Part shown: positions 1 through 10,138 of the stretch, one piece after another
How the letters are laid out: each line of letters begins with the position of its first letter
Position numbering within the stretch: the stretch's first letter is position 1
Assembly (NCBI GenBank): GCA_963662275.1
Contig: OY759316.1
Span: 3,808,001-3,872,000 of the forward strand
Direction: 5' to 3'
Origin: Candidatus Cloacimonadales bacterium
GTDB taxonomy: Bacteria > Cloacimonadota > Cloacimonadia > Cloacimonadales > DAONDQ01
Length of the DNA stretch: 64,000 nucleotides
Notes under the pieces: model-generated
What the model saw: only the letters and a program-made list of their open reading frames with translations
Databases searched by the model: none
What the model was told of the DNA's origin: nothing
Position numbers and translations under genes: made by a program

Positions 1-1
1 G

Positions 2-1042
2 CTTGCACCCATAGTTGCTGCATGTGGAGTTCCGATCCCAATGATTTCAGGAAGAGGCTTGGGACATACCGGTGGTACACTGGATAAACTGGAAGCAATA
101 CCTGGTTTTCGAACCAATTTTAGTGATGAAGAATTTATACAGATGGTACATGACGTCGGTTTCGCCATTATAAGCCAAAGCAGCGAACTTGTTCCCGCAG
201 ATAAGCGTATTTATGCATTACGTGATGTAACAGGAACCGTGGAAAGTCTGCCATTAATCACAGCCAGTATCATGAGTAAAAAAATAGCGGAAGGTGCCCA
301 GAACTTGGTCATAGATTTGAAGGTCGGTTCAGGCGCTTTTATGGATACTTTTGAAAAAGCCCAAGCACTGGCAAAAATGCTGGTAGCGACAGGAGAGAAA
401 TTTGGGCAACGGGTTGCTGTTGTTTTTTCAAATATGAATTCTCCCATCGGTGAATATGCCGGAAATGCCCTGGAAGTACTTGAGACAGTCGAATATCTGC
501 AAGGGAAGAAGATCCCTGATGTTGATATCATCACTCGTTCTTTAGCCGCTGAGATGCTGGTATTAGCAGGAAAAGTTGCAACTCGTGAGGAATCAGAAGC
601 CATGATCGATGAAGTGCTTAAAAGTGGAAAAGCATTGGAATTATTCAGGAAATTCGTGGAAGCCCAGGGTGGTAATGGAGCTATTTGTGATGATACAACT
701 CTATTACCGCAAGCTGCTCACCAAATTCCTATTATTTCACAGTCTGAAGGTTGGATTTCTGCAATAGATTGCCGAAAGATCGGTTATGCCTTAGTGGATA
801 TTGGGGCTGGACGAAAAAAACTTGATGATGTGTTAGATTATAGTGCTGGTGCTTTTCTCCCTAAGAAGATCGGAGATATGCTTTCAATTGGTGAAAATAT
901 GGGTACGGTTTATTGCTCAAATCTCATCCAGGGACAATCTGTGGTTGCACAAATTCTTGAGAGTTATTCAATTTCAGAAGTAGAAATTACTAAACCAGCA
1001 ATTATTCTTGAGCGATGGAATAGATGGATTAAAGAAAGCTAG
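2..1042 (+). CDS. pdp: Pyrimidine-nucleoside/thymidine phosphorylase (5' partial)
   Basis: MISGRGLGHTGGTLDKLE and SIMSKK motifs; the frame is open to the window edge (LAPIVAACG...). Confidence 0.93.
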   Translation, partial: LAPIVAACGVPIPMISGRGLGHTGGTLDKLEAIPGFRTNFSDEEFIQMVHDVGFAIISQSSELVPADKRIYALRDVTGTVESLPLITASIMSKKIAEGAQNLVIDLKVGSGAFMDTFEKAQALAKMLVATGEKFGQRVAVVFSNMNSPIGEYAGNALEVLETVEYLQGKKIPDVDIITRSLAAEMLVLAGKVATREESEAMIDEVLKSGKALELFRKFVEAQGGNGAICDDTTLLPQAAHQIPIISQSEGWISAIDCRKIGYALVDIGAGRKKLDDVLDYSAGAFLPKKIGDMLSIGENMGTVYCSNLIQGQSVVAQILESYSISEVEITKPAIILERWNRWIKES

Positions 1043-1229
1043 ACTGAATACAATTCACATATCCGGTCACTTAACAGAGCAATAACGACCGATATTCTAT
1101 TCAGTTACGTACTATGTACCGTTGATTCCTAAAATTCTTGACAGGCTTGCTTGAGAAAATAATTTGTCTTATTAATTGAAAAATTCATACGTTGAATAAT
1201 AATGTTGATTACTAAAAAGGAAGGATAAA

Positions 1230-1409
1230 ATGGCAGTTCCAAAAAGAAGACAATCAAGCACTCGTGGTGCCAAAAGAAGAACGCATGATAAGCTTACGGC
1301 AACCAAGTGGGTCACATGCAGCAAATGCGGTGAAGCAGTTCTATCTCATCAATTGTGTGCAAAATGCGGTTATTACAATGGGAAACAGGTCATCGAAGTG
1401 AAGGCTTAA
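1230..1409 (+). CDS. rpmF: 50S ribosomal protein L32 (not in ORF track, 59 aa)
   Basis: Manual translation MAVPKRRQSSTRGAKRRTHDK...CSKC...CAKCGYYNGKQVIEVKA*; AAGGAAGG RBS; directly upstream of plsX. Confidence 0.97.
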   Translation: MAVPKRRQSSTRGAKRRTHDKLTATKWVTCSKCGEAVLSHQLCAKCGYYNGKQVIEVKA

Positions 1410-2413
1410 TGCGTATTGCATTAGACGCATTTGGTAGTGATCATGCACCGTATCCTGAAGTCGAGGGAGCGGTGCTGGCAATAAAGGAAGATGTTTGCGA
1501 TAAAATATTTCTAGTTGGCAAGCAGGATATCCTACAAAAAGAATTAAACAAGTATTATTATGATTCACAAAGAATCGAGATTGTGGATGCCTCAGAAGAA
1601 CGTATTTCCATGGATGAAAGTGCATCTTCAGCAGCTAGGTCTAAGCCCGATTCGTCACTAGTCAAAACAGTGAAACTAGTTAAGGATGGGTTAGCTGATG
1701 CCGCTGTGAGTGCGGGTAATACAGGAGCGATGATGGCAGCTTCCTTGTTTACTTACGGGCGTCTTGCCAATGTGTCCAGACCTGCCATTGCAGTTACATT
1801 TCCAACATTGAATAGTTACGTGATCATTCTTGATGTTGGTGCTAATGTGGACTGTGAAGCCATTCATTTAGAGCAATTTGCCGAACTGGGCAGTTTATAT
1901 TTTCATTTACTTTATGGAGGAGATAAGGCTCGTGTATCTCTTTTAAATATTGGAGAGGAAAGTCGGAAAGGAAATGAAATGGTTAAAGAAGCATATCTGA
2001 AAATGGAAAACAATCCGAATATCAATTTTATAGGTAATATAGAAGGAAAAGATGTCATGAAAGGCTCTACAGATGTGATCGTCTGTGATGGTTTTGTGGG
2101 AAATGTCATGCTTAAAACCCTTGAAGGAGCCGTAATATCGATTTTTGAAATATTGAAAGAACAATTTAAAAAAGATTGGATTGCGAAACTAGGTGCAATG
2201 CTTTCTTATCCTGTGTACGTACATTTGAAGAAAAAACTGGACCACACAGAATATGGTGGTGCACTATTAGTTGGATTGAATGGCATATCAGTCATTTCTC
2301 ACGGACGTTCCAATGCTAAGGCGATAAAAAATGCTGTCCGGTTTGCATCCAAGATATCACAATCAGGATACCTTGAACAAGCCATGAATGTTTTTGAAGG
2401 GAGAACTGCATAA
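1409..2413 (+). CDS. plsX: Phosphate acyltransferase PlsX
   Basis: MRIALDAFGSD start overlaps the rpmF stop (TAATG); SAGNTGA, DVGANVD and DGFVGN motifs. Confidence 0.96.
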   Translation: MRIALDAFGSDHAPYPEVEGAVLAIKEDVCDKIFLVGKQDILQKELNKYYYDSQRIEIVDASEERISMDESASSAARSKPDSSLVKTVKLVKDGLADAAVSAGNTGAMMAASLFTYGRLANVSRPAIAVTFPTLNSYVIILDVGANVDCEAIHLEQFAELGSLYFHLLYGGDKARVSLLNIGEESRKGNEMVKEAYLKMENNPNINFIGNIEGKDVMKGSTDVIVCDGFVGNVMLKTLEGAVISIFEILKEQFKKDWIAKLGAMLSYPVYVHLKKKLDHTEYGGALLVGLNGISVISHGRSNAKAIKNAVRFASKISQSGYLEQAMNVFEGRTA

Positions 2414-3405
2414 TGCTCAAATACCATGCTAAAATCAATGGTTGGGGAAGTTATACTCCCAAAAGGATCGTTAATAACTTCGATTTGGAAAAGATTGTTG
2501 ATACAACAGATGAATGGATACGCACCCGTACCGGAATGTTTGAACGACATTATGTTGCAGCAGAAGAAGCTGCCAGTGATTTAGCTTATAATGCAGCAGT
2601 GAATGCTATTGAATCATCCCCTGTGAAGTACAAAGATATCAACCTGATAATCGTAGGTACAATATCCGGTGATCATGCATTTCCATCCACAGCCTGCATT
2701 CTACAGAAAAAACTTGGATTGAAAGGATTTGCAGCATTTGATGTATCTGCCGGTTGTACAGGTTTTGTGTATTCCATGGATATAGCACGTCAGTATATAG
2801 AAAATGGAATTGCCCAAAATGTACTTGTGGTAGGTGTTGATATTCTCACACGTATTACCAATTGGAAAGATCGAAACACTTGTGTATTATTTGGCGATGG
2901 CGCAGGGGCAGTGATTTTATCCAGGACAGAATCCACCGATATCTCACGTATCATTGATACAGATATCCAAGCAGATGGCTCCCAGGGTGAATTCCTGATC
3001 CAGCAAGCTGGTGGTTCACGTATGCCGGCAAGTGAAAAAACAGTAGCTGATAATCTTCATAATATCTATATGGAAGGGAATAAAATCTATAAACTAGCAA
3101 TCAAATCTATGCAATCTACGACCGAGACATTATTAAAAAGAAATAATCTGACAGTACGAGATATCGACTGGCTGATACCTCACCAAGCGAATCTTCGCAT
3201 TATCGAAGCTTTAGGTGAGAAGATGCGAATCCCGTTAGGGAAAGTAATTATCAATATTGAAAAATATGGAAACACCTCATCTGCGACTGTTCCGATAGCA
3301 TTAGACGAAGCAATTAGGAATAAGAAGATTCGTCGTGGTGATATTGTTCTGCTGACATCTTTTGGTGCTGGGCTTACGTGGGGCAGTATTCTGGTTAGAC
3401 TTTAG
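2413..3405 (+). CDS. fabH: 3-oxoacyl-ACP synthase III
   Basis: AGCTGF, HQAN, GNTSSA and FGAGLTWG motifs. Confidence 0.97.
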   Translation: MLKYHAKINGWGSYTPKRIVNNFDLEKIVDTTDEWIRTRTGMFERHYVAAEEAASDLAYNAAVNAIESSPVKYKDINLIIVGTISGDHAFPSTACILQKKLGLKGFAAFDVSAGCTGFVYSMDIARQYIENGIAQNVLVVGVDILTRITNWKDRNTCVLFGDGAGAVILSRTESTDISRIIDTDIQADGSQGEFLIQQAGGSRMPASEKTVADNLHNIYMEGNKIYKLAIKSMQSTTETLLKRNNLTVRDIDWLIPHQANLRIIEALGEKMRIPLGKVIINIEKYGNTSSATVPIALDEAIRNKKIRRGDIVLLTSFGAGLTWGSILVRL

Positions 3406-3425
3406 ATTTTTGTGAGGAATGAAGA

Positions 3426-4379
3426 ATGCAAAAAAGAAACGATCTAGCTTTTGTTTTTCCCGGGCAGGGAGCACAATATATAGGCATGGCAATGGATTTT
3501 GTAGATAAATATGCCGAAGTGAAACAGATACTATTGGATTTTGACAGAAAGCATAGTACCAATCTATATGAAATAATGAAAGATGGACCTGAAGAATTAC
3601 TGAAAGAAACGCGTTATACACAACCTGCAATACTATTTCATTCCATTGCAGCTTGGGAAGGTTTTCAACATCAAATTGAAATAGAGCCTGCTTTCGTAGC
3701 TGGACATTCATTAGGAGAATTCACTGCCCTCGTAGCGAATCGAGTTTTAACTCTTGAAGATGCCATGCATTTAGTTCATCGTCGTGGTGAATTCATGATT
3801 AAAGCGAATGAAGGAAACCCTTTTGCCATGGCTGCGATTATGGGATTGGAATCTGATGTAGTTCGTGAGATTTGTACGGAAGCACAATCTGCTGGAATCG
3901 TTGTTGCTGCTAATTTTAATACTCCAGTCCAGACCGTGATATCCGGTTCTCAAGCCGGGGTAGAACTGGCGTGTGAAATAGCAAAAGCAAAGGGTGCAAA
4001 ACGGGCATTACAACTCGTTGTCGGTGGTCCTTTTCATTCCCCCATGATTGCCAAGGCAGGGCAATGGCTGAAAGAAGAAATGGATCTGATCGATTTCAAG
4101 ACTGCCCAGATACCAGTTGTATCGAATGTGGATGCAAAACCGGTTACAGATCCTGCACAAATAAAAAATAATTTGACTCTTCAAGTTACACATTCCGTAC
4201 TCTGGGTTGATTGTGTTAAGACCATGCTGGCAACAGGAGTAACCACGTTTGTAGAGTTTGGACCACAGAAAGTTTTAAGCGGAATGATAAAAAATATAGA
4301 CAAAGCAGCGATAGTTCTGAATATCGATAAATTAGAAGATATACCTGCTGTTATTAAGGAAATAAAAAATGTCGGATAG
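3426..4379 (+). CDS. fabD: Malonyl-CoA:ACP transacylase
   Basis: FPGQGAQ, GHSLGE and PFHS motifs. Confidence 0.97.
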   Translation: MQKRNDLAFVFPGQGAQYIGMAMDFVDKYAEVKQILLDFDRKHSTNLYEIMKDGPEELLKETRYTQPAILFHSIAAWEGFQHQIEIEPAFVAGHSLGEFTALVANRVLTLEDAMHLVHRRGEFMIKANEGNPFAMAAIMGLESDVVREICTEAQSAGIVVAANFNTPVQTVISGSQAGVELACEIAKAKGAKRALQLVVGGPFHSPMIAKAGQWLKEEMDLIDFKTAQIPVVSNVDAKPVTDPAQIKNNLTLQVTHSVLWVDCVKTMLATGVTTFVEFGPQKVLSGMIKNIDKAAIVLNIDKLEDIPAVIKEIKNVG

Positions 4380-5115
4380 AATGAAAGATAAGATTATTGT
4401 GATCACGGGTGCTGCTCGCGGAATTGGATATTCTTTAGCGGAAGTGTTTGGGCGAGAAGGTGGGAAAGTTATCATCCTGGATTTATTCCAAGAAGCCGTT
4501 GATAATGCTGTCTACCAATTGAAACAAAAAGGCTATTCTGCTGATGGTTATGCTGTAAATATTACCGATTCTCAAGTAGTGGAAACTGTCATAACCCAGA
4601 TTATCACCAATTATGAGCGCATTGATGTGTTGATAAATAATGCAGGGATAACCAAGGATAACCTGATACTTCGCATGAAGGAAGAAGAATGGGATGCTGT
4701 CATTAATGTGAATTTGAAAGGTGCATTTATTTGTACACAAAAGGTTAGCCGTTATATGTTAAAGCAAAAAAGCGGTTCGATCATCAATATGGCTTCAGTG
4801 ATTGGGGTCATGGGAAATGCGGGTCAGGCAAACTATGCTGCTTCCAAAGGTGGGTTGATTGCATTGACAAAATCCTGTGCAAAAGAATTTGGTTCGAGAC
4901 AGATTCGAGTGAACGCGGTTGCTCCAGGTTTTATTCAAACAGAAATGACGACACATCTTCCAGCAGATGTTGTTGCTAAATATGCCGAGGCAATTCCATT
5001 GAACAAAATGGGTACCCCGGAAGATGTTGCGAACGCATGTCTATTTTTAGCTTCTAAGGAAGCTGAATACATCACAGGCCAAACCATCCTTGTTGATGGT
5101 GGCTTATTCATGTAA
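4369..5115 (+). CDS. fabG: 3-oxoacyl-ACP reductase
   Basis: TGAARGIG, NNAGIT and YAASK SDR motifs; fab operon context. Confidence 0.96.
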   Translation: MSDRMKDKIIVITGAARGIGYSLAEVFGREGGKVIILDLFQEAVDNAVYQLKQKGYSADGYAVNITDSQVVETVITQIITNYERIDVLINNAGITKDNLILRMKEEEWDAVINVNLKGAFICTQKVSRYMLKQKSGSIINMASVIGVMGNAGQANYAASKGGLIALTKSCAKEFGSRQIRVNAVAPGFIQTEMTTHLPADVVAKYAEAIPLNKMGTPEDVANACLFLASKEAEYITGQTILVDGGLFM

Positions 5116-5131
5116 ATCATGAGGAGGAAAT

Positions 5132-5371
5132 ATGGAAGATATCACCAGTAAAGTGAAAAAAATCATCATGGAAGAGCTGAATGTAGATGAAGCTCAGATC
5201 ACCATGGAAGCAAACTTCATCGAAGATTTAGGTGCTGATTCACTGGATACCGTTGAATTGGTCATGAAGTTCGAGGAAGAATTCAAAATTACCATTCCGG
5301 ATGAGGATCAGGACAAACTCAGAACAGTCGGTCAAGCAATCGATTATCTGACTTCCAGATTATCCGAGTAA
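5132..5371 (+). CDS. acpP: Acyl carrier protein
   Basis: [12 protein letters not shown] phosphopantetheine motif; GAGGAGG RBS. Confidence 0.98.
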   Translation: MEDITSKVKKIIMEELNVDEAQITMEANFIEDLGADSLDTVELVMKFEEEFKITIPDEDQDKLRTVGQAIDYLTSRLSE

Positions 5372-5418
5372 AACGATAGTATTGCTCAGTCTTAGGACTG
5401 AGCAATATCGTTTTGTTT
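5371..5418 (+). terminator. Strong hairpin/intrinsic terminator after acpP
   Basis: ATTGCTCAGTC-TTAG-GACTGAGCAAT stem, extended by AAACGATA/TATCGTTT and followed by a T-rich run. Confidence 0.75.
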
Positions 5419-5567
5419 ATCATTGATGGCATGAGTCATCTAGATATATAAATCGTTAAATGCTGCCTATGAAATGGGATAGCAGATGATTCTCATTGTC
5501 CTATTTAGTTAAGTAACTAATCCAGGATTGGAAGAATGATTACAATTCCAAAGATATGAGGTAATTT

Positions 5568-6809
5568 ATGGCTAAAAGAAGAGTCGTCATCACAGGAATG
5601 GGTACAATTAATTCTGTAGGTAAGAACGTTGCTGAAACTTGGCAATCACTTCTTGCAGGCAAATCGGGTGTGGGATATATCACTCATTTTGATACAACAG
5701 ATATGCCATCAAAGATTGCTGCTGAGATTAAAAACTATGATCCATTAGATTATTTTGATCCAAAAAATGCCAAGAAGATGGATCTATATACTCACTTTGC
5801 AGTGATTGCAGCAGCAGAAGCAATTAAGGATACCGGTCTGGAAGATGGGAAATACGATAAAGAAAGAACTGGTGTAATATTAGGTGCCGGCATAGGTGGG
5901 ATTCTCACTTTTGAAGAAGAAGCTAACAAAATGTTCAATGGTGGACCTCGCAAAATCAGCCCTTTCTTTATACCAAAAATGATTTCTAACATTGCTTGTG
6001 CCCATATTGCTATTGATTATGGTTTTAAAGGTATTAATTTCAATATTGCCAGTGCTTGTGCCAGTGCAAATCATGCACTTGGAACAGCATTCCGTTCTAT
6101 CCAGTATGGAGATGCAGATATTATCGTTTCTGGCGGTTGTGAAGCAGCAATAACACCTATGGCTGTTGGTGGTTTTTGTGCCTTGAAAGCATTAAGCACA
6201 CATAACGAAGAACCCACCAAGGCAAGTCGTCCCTTCGATTTGATGCGAGATGGATTTGTTATGGGAGAAGGTGCCGCTATTCTTGTACTGGAGGAGCTTG
6301 AACATGCAAAGGCACGTGGTGCCAGGATTTATGCAGAAATAGTCGGATACGGAGCCACAGATGATGCATTCCATATCACCGCACCGGCTGATGGTGGAGA
6401 AGGAAGCGCTCGGGCAATTTTGATGGCTTTGAAAGATGCAGGTGTTCAACCGGGAGAAGTTGATTATATCAATGCTCATGGTACATCTACCCAAATGAAT
6501 GATAAGTATGAAACGATGTCGATTAAGTCAGTTTTTTGTGAGTATGCATATAAAGTGAAGATTAATTCAACGAAATCCATGGTAGGACATATGCTTGGAG
6601 CTGCTGCAGGAATTGAAGGACAAGCTTGTATTTTATCAATCAGGGATAACAAGATTCATCCTACAATTAATTTGGAACATTCAGATCCTGATTGTGATCT
6701 TGATTATGTTCCTAATCACGCTATTGATCATAACGTCAATATAGCATTAAGCAATTCACTTGGTTTCGGCGGACATAATTCTGCCATTGTCTTTAAAAAA
6801 TATGAATAA
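5568..6809 (+). CDS. fabF: 3-oxoacyl-ACP synthase II
   Basis: SACAS, NAHGTST, KSMVGH and GFGGHN motifs. Confidence 0.97.
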   Translation: MAKRRVVITGMGTINSVGKNVAETWQSLLAGKSGVGYITHFDTTDMPSKIAAEIKNYDPLDYFDPKNAKKMDLYTHFAVIAAAEAIKDTGLEDGKYDKERTGVILGAGIGGILTFEEEANKMFNGGPRKISPFFIPKMISNIACAHIAIDYGFKGINFNIASACASANHALGTAFRSIQYGDADIIVSGGCEAAITPMAVGGFCALKALSTHNEEPTKASRPFDLMRDGFVMGEGAAILVLEELEHAKARGARIYAEIVGYGATDDAFHITAPADGGEGSARAILMALKDAGVQPGEVDYINAHGTSTQMNDKYETMSIKSVFCEYAYKVKINSTKSMVGHMLGAAAGIEGQACILSIRDNKIHPTINLEHSDPDCDLDYVPNHAIDHNVNIALSNSLGFGGHNSAIVFKKYE

Positions 6810-6814
6810 TTAAT

Positions 6815-6839
6815 AAAGGGCGGAGACGCCCTTTTTTTT
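6815..6839 (+). terminator. Intrinsic terminator between fabF and rnc
   Basis: GGGCG-GAGA-CGCCC followed by T8, ending at the rnc ATG. Confidence 0.7.
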
Positions 6840-7622
6840 ATGGAAGCTAAATTGAAAAGAATCATCAAACTAATCACAGAGTATCTCAATGTACGTAAAC
6901 CAACGAAGTCTGATCCAGCTTGGAAGAAAAGACTTGAAAACCTGCAACGGAAAATTGGCATTACTTTCAAAAATGAGACCTTACTCCAAGGTGCTTTAAC
7001 TCATAATTCTTTTCTTCATCGCGGTGAAACAGAGATTGGATTTAATTCTCCTTTTGAAAGAATGGAATTTCTTGGGGATTCAATACTTGGACTAGTCATT
7101 GCTAAAGAATTATTTACGAAATTCCCTGAACAACAGGAAGGATTACTTTCTAAGATGAAATCGCAGATAGTGTCTGAAAAGTATTTGGCTTTAAAAGCAT
7201 TGGAATTGGAGTTAGGAGAATATATCAGAATGAGTCCTGAAGAAATTCGAAATGGAGGAAAAACTAGACCCTCCATTCTTTCTGATGCGATGGAAGCTCT
7301 TATTTGTGCCATTTATTTAGATGCTGGAATGGCGAAAACAACAACTTTCATTAAAAAAATAATTCTAACGAATTTTTCTCATATCATTAGCTTGGAAGCG
7401 CTTACTAATTTTAAAAGTATGCTGCAGGAGTATAGTCAATCACAATACCAAGTTCCACCGAACTATAAAGTTGTTTCAGAAGAGGGACCGGATCATGAAA
7501 AGCTGTTTCATGTTGATGTTTATGTGAATGGTCTTTTAACAGGGCATGGAAATGGATCCAGTAAAAAAGCAGCTCAACAGGATGCAGCAAAAAATGCCTG
7601 TCAACGACTAAAGTTATGCTGA
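6840..7622 (+). CDS. rnc: Ribonuclease III
   Basis: ERMEFLGDS signature, DAMEA, C-terminal dsRBD (GPDH...KKAAQQDAA). Confidence 0.96.
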   Translation: MEAKLKRIIKLITEYLNVRKPTKSDPAWKKRLENLQRKIGITFKNETLLQGALTHNSFLHRGETEIGFNSPFERMEFLGDSILGLVIAKELFTKFPEQQEGLLSKMKSQIVSEKYLALKALELELGEYIRMSPEEIRNGGKTRPSILSDAMEALICAIYLDAGMAKTTTFIKKIILTNFSHIISLEALTNFKSMLQEYSQSQYQVPPNYKVVSEEGPDHEKLFHVDVYVNGLLTGHGNGSSKKAAQQDAAKNACQRLKLC

Positions 7623-8599
7623 TCTTTCCTCTATTCATTCCCCATAGAGGTTGTCCCCAAACCTGTATATATTGTGACCAATATCAAATATCAGGGGTAG
7701 TAAATCCGGATTGGGACTTTCTACTATTACAATTAAAAAGATTTTGTCATCTGCATTTTCAAGAAGAAAAGGAAATTGCTCTTTACGGGGGTAGTTTCAC
7801 ATGTTTGCCTTTACTTCAACAAGCTGAATTATACGATAAGATCTTGCCTTTTCTTGATGATAATACACATCTCAGGTATTCTACTCGTCCCGATGGTATA
7901 TCACCTGCTATTTTAAGAGAAAGCTTCTTTCGTGGCGTAAGAACAATTGAACTTGGAGTACAGGATTTCAATGATCATGTCTTAGAAATGACGCATCGGG
8001 GATACCATAGAGAGCAGGCTTTATCTGCATGCAAAATGGTAAAATCATTCGGTCTGAAATTATCGGTGCAACTAATGCCCGGATTACCAGGATATGATTC
8101 ATCTGTTCTATCAAGTATGATCGAAGATACTATTTCTGTTCATCCTGATTATGTTAGAATCTATCCGACTATAGTGATTGCAGGTACACCATTAGAAGTC
8201 ATGTATCACAATGGAGAATACACACCTCTGACATTAAACAATGCTCTCAATGATACATCTCTGATGATTGATCGGTTTGAAGCAGTTGGAATCAAAGTGA
8301 TTAAAATTGGTTTAACTGGAGTTCAAGAATCGAATGTTATCGCTGGTCCATTTCATCATTCTTTTGGTGAACTAGTACGGTCAGAATCATATATAAAAAA
8401 GATTCTTTCACGATTTGAACCACAGTTGGTTCTAAGCATCAGTAAAATGGATATGTCTTTATTATTAGGTCATAAAAAAGAATATTTGACAAGAATCAAG
8501 CATCATTTTAATCTATCTAGTATAAAAATTAAATTATCTGAATCTCTTAAAAAAGGTGAATTTCAGTGTCTTGAAACTGATGAATTCTTAATTTGGTGA
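7616..8599 (+). CDS. Radical SAM protein (Elp3/YhcC-like, commonly downstream of rnc)
   Basis: CPQTCIYC cluster motif, GGSFT, STRPD and IELGVQ. Confidence 0.85.
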   Translation: MLIFPLFIPHRGCPQTCIYCDQYQISGVVNPDWDFLLLQLKRFCHLHFQEEKEIALYGGSFTCLPLLQQAELYDKILPFLDDNTHLRYSTRPDGISPAILRESFFRGVRTIELGVQDFNDHVLEMTHRGYHREQALSACKMVKSFGLKLSVQLMPGLPGYDSSVLSSMIEDTISVHPDYVRIYPTIVIAGTPLEVMYHNGEYTPLTLNNALNDTSLMIDRFEAVGIKVIKIGLTGVQESNVIAGPFHHSFGELVRSESYIKKILSRFEPQLVLSISKMDMSLLLGHKKEYLTRIKHHFNLSSIKIKLSESLKKGEFQCLETDEFLIW

Positions 8600-8623
8600 A
8601 TTAACTTTATCAAGGAACATTCT

Positions 8624-10138
8624 ATGAAATTGTTTGGATATTTTGTTGTAGGCACAGTTTTGCTGTTATCAATGGTTGGTTGTACATTAAAAAATCCTGA
8701 GATGCCGACTTGGGATATCAATGTAGACCTTCCTTTAATGAACGAATACATGTATGTATCTGATCTTGTGGATTCTGTACATTTCTTTCAAGATGAGAAC
8801 CATGATGTATATTTTTCTTCAAATGGAAACATCGACAGTTTTGATTTAGACAGCTTAGAGATTAAACCCAGTTCTGATGTAGAGATCCCATTGTTTTCCA
8901 CGATTACAGCTACTGGAGCTATGTCTTTAGCATCCATGGTTACTACGAATCAAGTTAAGGTAGCGTATGGTAGAATTCAAAGTGGTTCATTGCAAATCGA
9001 TCCAGTAGGCTTTGATCCACAATTAAACTGGGCAAAAATCAGATTTGATGAATTTTACATAAATAACGAAAATCTGGTAATTACTATTCCCAACAACTCC
9101 TCTCACATTGATTATCCTTTAGCAGGAATCACAATCGGTACGATTGATAATACTACTATCATTGATAGTCTTCATTACACGGTAACGAACTCTTCTTCTT
9201 ATACGTTTCCATTTCATATTGGTGACATAAATATGTCTTTGCATCATATTCTCTCTTTCAATTCTTTCAAGGGGAAAATGGATAATTATACATTACCTGT
9301 AGAAACTTCAACCACAGAAATTGATATTGAATATCCAATGGGCATTGAAAATGCAATCCAGATCAATGATGCAAAACTGCTGCTGACGCTTGATAATGAA
9401 ATTGGCTTTGATTGTAAACTATATGGAAAGCTGTATGCGTATAATGAGACAACAGGCGATAGTGCTTACATTGATATCCTGGATGCTAGCGGACATCCTT
9501 TTGTTCTGCAGGCAGCATATTCAGTAACAAGTCCTAGACCAAGTACATTTTCTCTTGGCAGAGAGAATGGTTTAAATCAATTAACCAATATTATTCCTAC
9601 TCGATTCACCATAAAAGAAGCATCTTTTGTGATGAATAGTGTTGGCACTTCTTTTGGTTTTGCTAATGTTGGACAAAAGGTATCCGGTACTTATATTGAA
9701 GATGTGCCATTTGATTTTACCTTATTTAGTTATATGATTACCCCTCAACGGCTTGATTCTCTTGAGATTACTTCGGAGAACCGAGACTATATCAGGAAGA
9801 ATGTTAATAGTGCAAATCTCATCTTGAGAGTCAAGAATCAGTTACCTATTGGTGCGGGTGTGGCAATCTATTTCAGTACATCATCTGATGTTTTCCAGGA
9901 TTCAATGCTGGTAAGAAGAAAGACGATCAATAGTGGTGGTTATGACAGTGCTTTCCAGGAGATAAATTTTGAACTTTCTCATGATGAAATACAGCTATTC
10001 GATAATCCAATGATCTATTTTCGGACAAGAATTTACATAAAAGAGACAGATGGTCCAGTGACAATTCACGGTTCTTCCTCAGATTATATACAGATTCGTG
10101 GCAGAATACAAATGAACGCCAGGGTGGAGGGAAAATGA
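8624..10138 (+). CDS. Uncharacterised beta-rich lipoprotein
   Basis: Hydrophobic signal ending MVGC (lipobox-like); 504-aa ORF coupled to the next gene. Confidence 0.7.
   Translation: MKLFGYFVVGTVLLLSMVGCTLKNPEMPTWDINVDLPLMNEYMYVSDLVDSVHFFQDENHDVYFSSNGNIDSFDLDSLEIKPSSDVEIPLFSTITATGAMSLASMVTTNQVKVAYGRIQSGSLQIDPVGFDPQLNWAKIRFDEFYINNENLVITIPNNSSHIDYPLAGITIGTIDNTTIIDSLHYTVTNSSSYTFPFHIGDINMSLHHILSFNSFKGKMDNYTLPVETSTTEIDIEYPMGIENAIQINDAKLLLTLDNEIGFDCKLYGKLYAYNETTGDSAYIDILDASGHPFVLQAAYSVTSPRPSTFSLGRENGLNQLTNIIPTRFTIKEASFVMNSVGTSFGFANVGQKVSGTYIEDVPFDFTLFSYMITPQRLDSLEITSENRDYIRKNVNSANLILRVKNQLPIGAGVAIYFSTSSDVFQDSMLVRRKTINSGGYDSAFQEINFELSHDEIQLFDNPMIYFRTRIYIKETDGPVTIHGSSSDYIQIRGRIQMNARVEGK

Noticed and set aside
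1355..1408. N-terminal extension of PlsX (similar extensions on the co-polymerase, Wza, RecA and PanD)
   Set aside because: They overlap the upstream gene or precede a clear RBS; downstream starts fit better.
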